From: an uncultured Candidatus Saccharibacteria bacterium
Lineage (GTDB): Bacteria; Patescibacteriota; Saccharimonadia; Saccharimonadales; 2-12-FULL-41-12
DNA: 64,000 nt
Reading direction: 5' to 3'
Assembly: GCA_964521095.1 (NCBI GenBank)
Contig: CAZFPJ010000002.1
Coordinates: 149,108 to 213,107 of the forward strand
Shown in pieces: positions 36,806 through 44,829 of this stretch. How positions within the stretch are numbered: position 1 is the first letter of the stretch; each line of letters starts with the position of its first letter. A model generated the notes under the pieces. That model searched no databases. It saw nothing but the letters and a program-made list of their open reading frames with translations, and was not told the DNA's origin. Both the position numbers and the translations under genes were made by a program.

Positions 36806-37621
36806 TTGATAAAATTAGCAACATCCAGCACAATACTTATGGTAATGATAAGAAGAATACAGAGGATGGCATTATTCGTGGGGCTTGGGCTCGTCTTTGT
36901 CACGGTTCCGGCGGTTGCACAGTATAACTCTACAAACTACAAGGCCGAGGAGACATACTTTGGCACAGGCAGTCAGACAGAGTCTTCGTCTACTAACTAT
37001 CGTTCTATGCAATCTTCTGGAGCGTTGGGGGTTGGCGATGTTTCGAGTGGTAGCTATAGGGCTGGCTCTGGCTTTTTGACCCCTCAAGAGCCCTTTTTGG
37101 AGCTAACTATCAGTGGTCCCAATGTAGACCTGGGTATTTTGTCAGCAGGCGTGACTTCTTCGGTTACTTCTCGTGGGGGTACTTGTAACTGTACTTTTTC
37201 GGTCAAATCATACTTGTCTAGTAAATATGTCGTAAAAACCATGAGCAATCCGCCGACCAATGAGTCCGGACATTCGTTGGCCGGTAAATCTACCCAAGGA
37301 TCCCCAAATGTAGGGGTAGAAGAGTTTGGTATCAATTTAGTCGACAACACGACACCAAATATTGGAGCAAATCCAGTTAATCGGCCGGACGATACATTTG
37401 CCGATGGCGAAGCTGGCTCGGGGTTGTCCTCTGACTATGCTGTAGCAGACCAGTTCAAATATGTAGTTGGCGACACCATAGCTCACTCTGCTAAAACGAC
37501 AGGCAAGCAAGCTATAGGTCAGACCGACTACACTATCTCCTACATTGCTAACATTACTGTCCTAACTCGCGCTGGTGCTTACTCTATGAAACAAGATTTA
37601 GTAGTGATAGCATCGTATTAA
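36806..37621 (+). CDS. secreted fibre-subunit-like protein (smallest member of the locus family)
   Basis: Likely start at ATG 36839 (MVMIRRIQRMALFVGLGLVFVTVPAVA/QY). STNY repeats, Cys pair TCNC, EEFGINL block, C-terminal AGAYSMKQDLVVIASY. Confidence 0.6.
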   Translation: MIKLATSSTILMVMIRRIQRMALFVGLGLVFVTVPAVAQYNSTNYKAEETYFGTGSQTESSSTNYRSMQSSGALGVGDVSSGSYRAGSGFLTPQEPFLELTISGPNVDLGILSAGVTSSVTSRGGTCNCTFSVKSYLSSKYVVKTMSNPPTNESGHSLAGKSTQGSPNVGVEEFGINLVDNTTPNIGANPVNRPDDTFADGEAGSGLSSDYAVADQFKYVVGDTIAHSAKTTGKQAIGQTDYTISYIANITVLTRAGAYSMKQDLVVIASY

Positions 37622-37729
37622 TTTATTGCCTGTGGAAAACTGCTTGTGTTAATAAAAAAATCTTGTATACTAACGCTTGTATAGTATAAAAAACAAAAAA
37701 TTAACAGTTAATAAAAAGAAAGAAACAAA

Positions 37730-39004
37730 ATGAAAATTAGTAGAACATCATTTTTCGGTAGCTCTGCCAGAGGGCAAAAAGCTATCATCTGGACACAAGT
37801 TTTTGTGTTGGCACTGTTTTCGCTCGTGCCATTGGTTGCCGGAACCAACAAAGTCAACGCCTTGCCACAGCTTACAGAAAGATCTATAGAAGTCAGCACA
37901 TCTAAACCAAGTGCTACCAATGTTACCTACAAATACGGCTTTAAGCCAGCTACGACCGGTACGCTACAAAGCGTAAAATTCGAAGCTTGTACAACACCGC
38001 TAGGTACTTGTACCGCCCCCGGTGGCACAACTCAGATGAACGCTGGTAGCGAATCTGCTCGTTCTGGTTGGGCTGGTTCAACTACATTCACTCGTACGGC
38101 AGGCTCTAACGACTGTACTGCAGCCAACAACATACTGTGTATACACAGGACAGATGTAACTTCAGAGGGCACCAGCGCTAAATCGCTCACCTGGGATACT
38201 CAGACTAATCCGACCGCTGTTGCTTCGTACTATGTTCGTATTACAACCTATAGCGACGACTCATGGAATACGGCTGTGGACGAAGGTGTTGTAGCTTACG
38301 CTATCATCAACCAGCTAACAGTTAACGCTCGTGTGCAGGAAAACCTACAATTCTGCGTAGGTGCTACCACAGTAGATGACGCTACTACTTCTCCTGGTGG
38401 TGATTGCTCAAATATTTCTGGTAGTACGGTAGATATCGGTGCTATTGACACTACTATAGCTACCTCTCCAGTGCCTGTAACTCCCAACGGTGGCAATAAC
38501 CTCAACGGTGTAGCCATGGTCCGAACTAACGCCAATAATGGAACGATAATTGGTTATTTTGCCGAACAAAACATGAGTAGCGGTAAACTTAAAGTGACTG
38601 GAGCTACTTGTTCTGGGACTTCTACTACCGACCAATGTTTTAACAGCCAAGGCGCAACTCAGGGTACATTTGTAGCCGCTACAGAAAATTTTGGCATGAC
38701 TATCGGTGGCGTTAACTGCGGTAGTACCACAGCCTACTCTTGTGCTTTTGCATCAGATACCAACAACCTAAAACAACTAACTGATTACATAGGTAATACA
38801 GCCACAGCCTACGGTACATCAACTGGTTTTGCATGGGTAGACACTGGTACAGCAACCACGCCTATAGCTAGTAGCGCCAGCAGTACCATCAAGGTGTTAG
38901 ACGATGAAGCCTTGATATTAAAGTTCGCTGCTGTTGCTTCTGCTACCACCCCAACCGGTGCCTACACAGTTGTCAGTACATATATTGCAACGCCAACCTT
39001 CTAG
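37730..39004 (+). CDS. secreted paired-Cys fibre-subunit-like protein, paralog 1
   Basis: Signal/anchor VFVLALFSLVPLVAG. Five close Cys pairs. LQFCVGAT, ENFGMTIGG. C-terminal TGAYTVVSTYIATPTF. No LPXTG or TM at the C-terminus. Confidence 0.7.
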   Translation: MKISRTSFFGSSARGQKAIIWTQVFVLALFSLVPLVAGTNKVNALPQLTERSIEVSTSKPSATNVTYKYGFKPATTGTLQSVKFEACTTPLGTCTAPGGTTQMNAGSESARSGWAGSTTFTRTAGSNDCTAANNILCIHRTDVTSEGTSAKSLTWDTQTNPTAVASYYVRITTYSDDSWNTAVDEGVVAYAIINQLTVNARVQENLQFCVGATTVDDATTSPGGDCSNISGSTVDIGAIDTTIATSPVPVTPNGGNNLNGVAMVRTNANNGTIIGYFAEQNMSSGKLKVTGATCSGTSTTDQCFNSQGATQGTFVAATENFGMTIGGVNCGSTTAYSCAFASDTNNLKQLTDYIGNTATAYGTSTGFAWVDTGTATTPIASSASSTIKVLDDEALILKFAAVASATTPTGAYTVVSTYIATPTF

Positions 39005-39081
39005 TTGTACAATAGGCTTAAGCTAAATTAGATGAAGCGCATTTTAAAAGTAAAAATCAATCAATCGAGGGGAGAATAGGT

Positions 39082-40377
39082 GTGAAAAGCCTGAACCAAA
39101 ACAGCTCAGTAAACAGTCTTAATAAATTTTTTCAAGTATCTTGGATATGGATAACCGTAGTAGTTTTGAGCATCTTCGCAGTATTGCCACTGTTGTACAG
39201 CAGGCCAGCAGACGCCGCGCAGATCACTAATCGGTCTGTGGAAATCAGTACATCTAAACCAAGTGCTACCAATGTTACCTATACATATGGGTTTACAACA
39301 GCAACAACAGGCAACATAGGCTCTATAAAATTCGAAGCTTGCACAACTCCTCTAGGCACTTGTACTTCTCCTGGAGGTACGACCCAGATGAACGCTGGCA
39401 CTCAAGCTTCGATATCTGGCTGGTCTGGAGGGAGCTTTACTCGTAACGCAACTGGTGCTGGGTCTTGTACTGCTGCTGCCAATGTGCTTTGCGTAGACAG
39501 GACGGCTGCTTCAGAAACTGCAGGTGCTCGTACTCTTGGGTGGAACACTCAGACTAATCCGACCGCTGTTGCTTCGTACTATGTTCGTATTACAACCTAT
39601 AGCGATAATGCTTGGGCTACTGCCGTAGATGATGGTGTTGTAGCTTACGCTATCATTAACCAGCTAACCATTAACGCTCGTGTGCAGGAAAATCTGCAGT
39701 TTTGCGTAGGTGCTACCACAGTTAATGATGCCACTACTTCTCCAGGAGTAGACTGCTCGGCTATCTCTGGTAGTACAGTAGATCTAGGTGCTATTGATAC
39801 TAACATATCTACCTCTCCTGTAGCTGTAACTCCTAACGGTGGCAACAACCTCAACGGTGTGGCTATGGTCCGAACCAATGCCAACAATGGTACGGTGGTT
39901 GGCTATTTTGCCGAACAGACGGCAAGCAACGGACAGCTAAAGGTTGGAAGTTCCAGCTGTACAGCTATGTCTACCACTGACCAGTGTTTTAATAGTGCTG
40001 ACGCCGATAACAACCCTTCTAACGGTGCCGCTCAAACTACCTTATCTGCTGCTACAGAAAAATTTGGCATGACTATTGGTGGTGTTAACTGTGGCAGTAC
40101 TACAGCTTACACCTGTGTTTTTGCGTCAGACACTAATAACCTAAAGCAACAATCTAACTATATAGGTTCTCCTGCTAATGCTTATGGTGTGGCTAACGGT
40201 TTTGCCTGGGATCAAAGAGGCACCGCAACTATACCAATAGCCAGTAGCGCCAGTAGCACCATCAAGGTGCTAGACGATGAAGCTTTGATATTGCGATTTG
40301 CTGCTGTTGCTTCTGCCACCACTCCAACTGGTAGCTACGCCGTCATCAGTACATTCATTGCAACGCCAACCTTCTAG
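39082..40377 (+). CDS. secreted paired-Cys fibre-subunit-like protein, paralog 2
   Basis: GTG start after GAGGGGAGAA. Anchor WIWITVVVLSIFAVLPLL. Same motif set as paralog 1. C-terminal TGSYAVISTFIATPTF. Confidence 0.7.
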   Translation: MKSLNQNSSVNSLNKFFQVSWIWITVVVLSIFAVLPLLYSRPADAAQITNRSVEISTSKPSATNVTYTYGFTTATTGNIGSIKFEACTTPLGTCTSPGGTTQMNAGTQASISGWSGGSFTRNATGAGSCTAAANVLCVDRTAASETAGARTLGWNTQTNPTAVASYYVRITTYSDNAWATAVDDGVVAYAIINQLTINARVQENLQFCVGATTVNDATTSPGVDCSAISGSTVDLGAIDTNISTSPVAVTPNGGNNLNGVAMVRTNANNGTVVGYFAEQTASNGQLKVGSSSCTAMSTTDQCFNSADADNNPSNGAAQTTLSAATEKFGMTIGGVNCGSTTAYTCVFASDTNNLKQQSNYIGSPANAYGVANGFAWDQRGTATIPIASSASSTIKVLDDEALILRFAAVASATTPTGSYAVISTFIATPTF

Positions 40378-40422
40378 CGATACTGTAGCCTAACAAGTTA
40401 AGTTATTGTTACAATAAGCGGG

Positions 40423-41472
40423 ATGCGAGGCACTTTACTGCAAACAATTAACAGACTAGCCTATTTGTTGGGTGCGTCAGTAGTGCTGTTTTCTGTACTC
40501 ATGACGACTACCTCTGCCCTAAAGCTAGAGAATGTTTCGGTTACAACCAGTAGCTCGGCACCGAATGCCACAACTACCCAGATATTTGGCTTTGACTATA
40601 CTAGTACTAGTAGTGTTGGCTCTCTGAGGCTTCTGTACTGCGTCAACAGTCCGCTTTTTGAGGCGCCCTGCACCCCGCCCGTAGGCTTTGACATTACGGG
40701 TGCTAGCCTGGACGCTCAAACAGGAGAAGTTGGCTTTACAGTTGGTAGTACTCCAGGAGGAAACGAGATTATACTTACCAGGACTTCTGCTCCTAGTCTT
40801 GCCGTGCCAGCAACCTACACCCTTAGCAATGTCACAAATCCTTCAGCTCAGAACCAGACGGTGTATGTACGGATTGGCACTTATGCAACAGAAGATGCTA
40901 CCGGTCCAGTAACCGACAAGGCCGCTGCCGCTTTTAGTACAGCTCAGAGCCTTACGGTAGAAGCCTATGTTCCGCCGTATTTAGCATTTTGTGTCGGCAT
41001 AACAGTTGGGGGTAATTGTAGCTTTACTAGTGGAGATTTTATTAATCTAGGTCAACTTGGGTCTGGCTCTACAAAGTCGGCTACATCGCAGTTTGCTGTT
41101 TCGACTAACGATCCGGCAGGCTATGTGGTTAGTATCCATGGAACCACTATGACATCTGGTAATAATATAATACCAGCCAATAATCCACCGGCTCCTAGCA
41201 TTAAGGGCAAGAGCCAGTTTGGTATAAATTTGCGCTCTAATTCTAATCCTGCGGTTGGTCAAGAGGCTGGAGGCGTTGGCACAGGTGTACCCAAACCATT
41301 GTATGGTATTCCTAATCAGTTTTATTTTGTGCCGAATTCTTTGGTTGCATCATCGCCACTACCCACCGACTACACAGTCTTTACAGCCAGTTATGTAGTT
41401 AATGTTAGCCAGTCACAGCCAACAGGTGTTTATAGTACAACAAGTAGTTATGTTGCAACAGCAGCTTTCTAG
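40423..41472 (+). CDS. secreted fibre-subunit-like protein, third family member
   Basis: Signal LLGASVVLFSVLMTTTSA/LK. Two Cys pairs (YCVNSPLFEAPC, FCVGITVGGNC). SQFGINL. C-terminal TGVYSTTSSYVATAAF. Confidence 0.7.
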   Translation: MRGTLLQTINRLAYLLGASVVLFSVLMTTTSALKLENVSVTTSSSAPNATTTQIFGFDYTSTSSVGSLRLLYCVNSPLFEAPCTPPVGFDITGASLDAQTGEVGFTVGSTPGGNEIILTRTSAPSLAVPATYTLSNVTNPSAQNQTVYVRIGTYATEDATGPVTDKAAAAFSTAQSLTVEAYVPPYLAFCVGITVGGNCSFTSGDFINLGQLGSGSTKSATSQFAVSTNDPAGYVVSIHGTTMTSGNNIIPANNPPAPSIKGKSQFGINLRSNSNPAVGQEAGGVGTGVPKPLYGIPNQFYFVPNSLVASSPLPTDYTVFTASYVVNVSQSQPTGVYSTTSSYVATAAF

Positions 41473-41533
41473 ATAGTATTATAGTTGTTATACTTATTCG
41501 TAAGGATTTAATCTAACAAAGGAGTTGTAGGGA

Positions 41534-42520
41534 ATGATAACTTTTAAGCGTTTAGCGACCATGCTGTTTGCAGGAGTATTTGCGTTTGCGGTCGCATCTA
41601 CTGCAGTAGTAGCACAACAAGATCAAAATAAGCCAGGCAGTGGCCTCAGGATATCGCCTACCAGAACAGAGTTAACGCTGGATAAGGGCAAATCGTCTGT
41701 CATTAACATTACCCTAAAGAATGTGTCTGGTGGAGATATAACAGCTAAGGCCGAGGTTAATGACTTCGAAGCAGACGGCGAATTGGGTGAACCAAAAGTC
41801 TTGGTAAATCAGGGTGACAAACGAACTCCAACCAGTGTCGCTCCATTCTTGTCTGGAGTTAAAGACCTTAATCTTAAAAAGGACGAGCAAAAAGAGATCT
41901 CCATCCCAGTTAGCATACCGAAAGATACCTCCTCGGGCGCTTACTATGGTGTAATTCGTTACTCGGCTATCCCTGCTGGAACTACCGGGGCAGAAGCCGG
42001 TAAGGTATCTTTGACTGCTAGCGTCGCTTCTTTGGTACTTATTGAGGTGCCGGGTAATATTACCCAACAGATTCAACTTAGCGATATCTTTGTGTTCCAG
42101 GGTGATAAACAGGGTACTTTCTTTACGAAATCCCCAAGTCAAGCTGGTATTCGTATCAAAAACACTGGTAACAGCTTCGCTAAGCCATTTGGCCGTGTAG
42201 TAGTTACCAATAGCTTTACCGGCAAAGAAGTTTACTCTTACGAGATGAACAACACTACACCGCGCAATAATGTACTACCAAACACCACCAGGATTTTCAA
42301 AGACGACCTAAAAAATGTTAACAAGCCAGGTCGCTATACTATTACGGCTGGTATCTCTCATGGTAATGGTGGTGAAGTTTTGACCCAAAAAGCCTCCTTT
42401 TGGTACATTCCAGTCTGGCTAATGGTTGTCCTAGCGATTCTACTTGTCATAGCGGTCTTTGGCATATTCGTTCTTGTCAAAAAGATCCGGAAGAGCTCCA
42501 AGAAACTAAAGCGATCTTAA
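41534..42520 (+). CDS. membrane-tethered Ig-fold chaperone-like protein (PapD-like / DUF916-DUF3324-like topology)
   Basis: SD AAGGAG. Signal FAFAVASTAVVA/QQ. LRISPTRTELTLDKGKSSVINITLKNVSGGDI. C-terminal TM WLMVVLAILLVIAVFGIFVLV plus KKIRKSSKKLKRS. Confidence 0.55.
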   Translation: MITFKRLATMLFAGVFAFAVASTAVVAQQDQNKPGSGLRISPTRTELTLDKGKSSVINITLKNVSGGDITAKAEVNDFEADGELGEPKVLVNQGDKRTPTSVAPFLSGVKDLNLKKDEQKEISIPVSIPKDTSSGAYYGVIRYSAIPAGTTGAEAGKVSLTASVASLVLIEVPGNITQQIQLSDIFVFQGDKQGTFFTKSPSQAGIRIKNTGNSFAKPFGRVVVTNSFTGKEVYSYEMNNTTPRNNVLPNTTRIFKDDLKNVNKPGRYTITAGISHGNGGEVLTQKASFWYIPVWLMVVLAILLVIAVFGIFVLVKKIRKSSKKLKRS

Positions 42521-42581
42521 GAGGTGCATTTAGCAAGAAGGTGTGGGCGTGACAATACAGAACTTAATTAGCAGGAGATAG

Positions 42582-43484
42582 TTGGTGCAAAACTCCAGAA
42601 CAGTCAAATGGCAAGCTCTGGTGCTGATAGTTGTAGGCATTACTTTTCTAACGGCTGTTACGGGGCTAGCTGGTGGTAGGGCTACTGCCGAAACTAGCAA
42701 AGACGGCTCCATTGGTATAGAGGGCACTATCCCTGGTGGCGCGCCTACACAAGGCGCCAGTATTACTTTCCCTAGAGACGGTTCGACTATCTCGGACTTA
42801 CCAGTAACGGTAACCGGCATATGTCCCAAGGGTACGACGGTAAAGATATACAAAAACAATGTTTTTGCAGGTGCGGCACTTTGCTCTAACGGTAGTTTTA
42901 GTATTCAGACAGATCTATTTACCGGTCGCAATGAGTTGGTCGCTAGGGTCTACAACGAACTAGATCAAGCCGGACCAGACTCTAATATTGTTGCCGTTAA
43001 TTTTCCGTTATCTCAGTTTGGAGTTGTCAACAGAGTGTCTTTGACCTCTAGCTTTGCAAAAAAAGGTGCCGACCCAAATCAGCCTTTGGTGTGGCCAATC
43101 ACTCTAAGTGGGGGTGTTGGGCCATATGCAGTGTCTGTTGATTGGGGAGACGGAACCAAGCAAGATCTAATCAGTCAGCAGTTTCCTGGTGTGTTTAACA
43201 TTACTCACAAATACGAAAAATCAGGTACATACATCGTCATAGTTAGGGTTTCGGACAAAAACGGGGAAGTAGCATTTTTGCAGTTAATAGGTGTAGCCAA
43301 TGGTCCGGTTGGGCAAGATGGCAAAAAAGACAACCTGCCAACGGCAACAGTTACTAAAACTCGGATATTGTGGCTACCATCATTAATAGCGATTCCGTTA
43401 ATAGCTGCATCTTTTTGGCTTGGTCGAAAACACGAGCTTCAGACGATTCATAAACGCTTAGATCGTGGCGACGGCGACCTCTAG
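42582..43484 (+). CDS. PKD-domain protein with N-terminal signal anchor and C-terminal TM helix
   Basis: TTG/GTG start after AGGAG. GGVGPYAVSVDWGDGTKQ...HKYEKSGTYIVIVRVSDKNG (PKD motif). C-terminal LWLPSLIAIPLIAASFWLG. Confidence 0.65.
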   Translation: MVQNSRTVKWQALVLIVVGITFLTAVTGLAGGRATAETSKDGSIGIEGTIPGGAPTQGASITFPRDGSTISDLPVTVTGICPKGTTVKIYKNNVFAGAALCSNGSFSIQTDLFTGRNELVARVYNELDQAGPDSNIVAVNFPLSQFGVVNRVSLTSSFAKKGADPNQPLVWPITLSGGVGPYAVSVDWGDGTKQDLISQQFPGVFNITHKYEKSGTYIVIVRVSDKNGEVAFLQLIGVANGPVGQDGKKDNLPTATVTKTRILWLPSLIAIPLIAASFWLGRKHELQTIHKRLDRGDGDL

Positions 43485-43527
43485 ACCTGTAAAAATGTTG
43501 TAAATATGATACAATAGTTTTTCTATT

Positions 43528-44742
43528 ATGAAGTCTAAAACAGTTTTTGTCGGCATGAGTGGAGGAGTGGACAGCTCTGTAACTGCAACTCTCTTGGTAG
43601 AGCAGGGCTATGAGGTTGTTGGGGTTTACATGAAAAACTGGACTCAAGATCTGCCGGGTATGATCTGCCCTTGGAAGGAAGATTATCAAGATGCGCTAAA
43701 GGTGGCAGTTCGACTTGGCATCGACCTGCGAGTGTTTGACTTTCAAAAAGAGTACAAAAGCAAAGTTGTAGATTATATGATTGCCGAGTATCAAGCAGGT
43801 CGTACACCCAACCCCGACATTATGTGTAACCAAGAGGTGAAATTTAAGCTGTTCTTGGAAACTGCCCTGGAAGACGGGGCAGATTTGATCGCCACCGGCC
43901 ACTATGCCCGCCTAAAATCTCTGGACGCTTTGTCTGCTGATTCGGCAGAGCCGAACACTCCACAAAGCTCTGGGCAGTCTGCGGTGTCTGAGTCTCCGGT
44001 GCTCGCTCATCGTACTAATCAGTACGATTTGTTCCGCTCCTCGTCTCATCCTGGCAGTCTACCCCAGCCAGCAATTTTAGGGCGCAAGAACGGGCTGTTC
44101 ATGGCTACTAATAAAGAAAAAGATCAGACATATTTTTTGTATCGCGTAACAGAGGAAGCGCTCAGCAAAACCTTAATGCCAATTGGTGAGTTTGCCACCA
44201 AAGCAGAAGTGCGTACTATAGCCAAAAAATTTAATCTGCCGACTGCAGAAAAAAAGGACTCTCAAGGCATATGCTTTGTTGGAAAAGTTGGTATAAGAGA
44301 TTTCTTGAGTCAATATGTAGACGCCGAGCCAGGGGCAATTATCGATCAAAATGGCATAGAAATTGGCCAGCACGATGGCGCAATATTTTACACCATTGGT
44401 CAGCGCTCAGGCCTGGGTGTTGGCGGAGGCTTGCCGTATTATGTGGTCGACAAAGATATGGACAAAAACGAGGTATATGTAACCAACCAGCTCCATGATC
44501 AAAAACTTTGGCACAAAGAACTACAACTAGCAGATTTGCACTGGATCAACGAGGTGCCCAAAGAGGGTAAGACTTATCAGGTTCGTACGCGCTATCGTGC
44601 ACCTTTGGTGGAGGCCAAGGTAGAACTGCAAGGCAAGACAGTCAGACTAGTTTTGCGGGACGAAGTCCGGGCTATTACCCCCGGCCAGTCCACCGTTATT
44701 TATGACGACGATCAAGTCCTCGGCGGAGGCATCGTCATCTAG
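43528..44742 (+). CDS. mnmA: tRNA 2-thiouridine(34) synthase MnmA (with ~50-aa internal insertion)
   Basis: PP-loop VGMSGGVDSSV, ATGHYAR, KDQTYFLY, DSQGICFVG. Confidence 0.9.
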   Translation: MKSKTVFVGMSGGVDSSVTATLLVEQGYEVVGVYMKNWTQDLPGMICPWKEDYQDALKVAVRLGIDLRVFDFQKEYKSKVVDYMIAEYQAGRTPNPDIMCNQEVKFKLFLETALEDGADLIATGHYARLKSLDALSADSAEPNTPQSSGQSAVSESPVLAHRTNQYDLFRSSSHPGSLPQPAILGRKNGLFMATNKEKDQTYFLYRVTEEALSKTLMPIGEFATKAEVRTIAKKFNLPTAEKKDSQGICFVGKVGIRDFLSQYVDAEPGAIIDQNGIEIGQHDGAIFYTIGQRSGLGVGGGLPYYVVDKDMDKNEVYVTNQLHDQKLWHKELQLADLHWINEVPKEGKTYQVRTRYRAPLVEAKVELQGKTVRLVLRDEVRAITPGQSTVIYDDDQVLGGGIVI

Positions 44743-44829
44743 CCCTCGTAGGGTTTAGTCCTTCAAAAATATGTCCTTGACGACTCGAGGAGTGTTATAT
44801 GGCTACCAGAGGTGGTATTATAGTTACCA

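Larger units (their letters stand above)
37730..40377 (+). repeat. tandem duplication of the two large subunit genes with mosaic nucleotide identity
   Basis: Exact 59-nt match 38198-38256 = 39547-39605. Further near-identical blocks lie at the mature N-terminus (ACATCTAAACCAAGTGCTACCAATGTTACCTA) and in the last ~150 nt; the middle segments diverge. Confidence 0.85.

Noticed and set aside
37730-40377. A diversity-generating retroelement (template/variable repeat) acting on the paralogous surface genes
   Set aside because: The window has no reverse transcriptase. The differences between the shared blocks are not adenine-specific, and the identical blocks lie in both genes' coding regions as ordinary paralogy.
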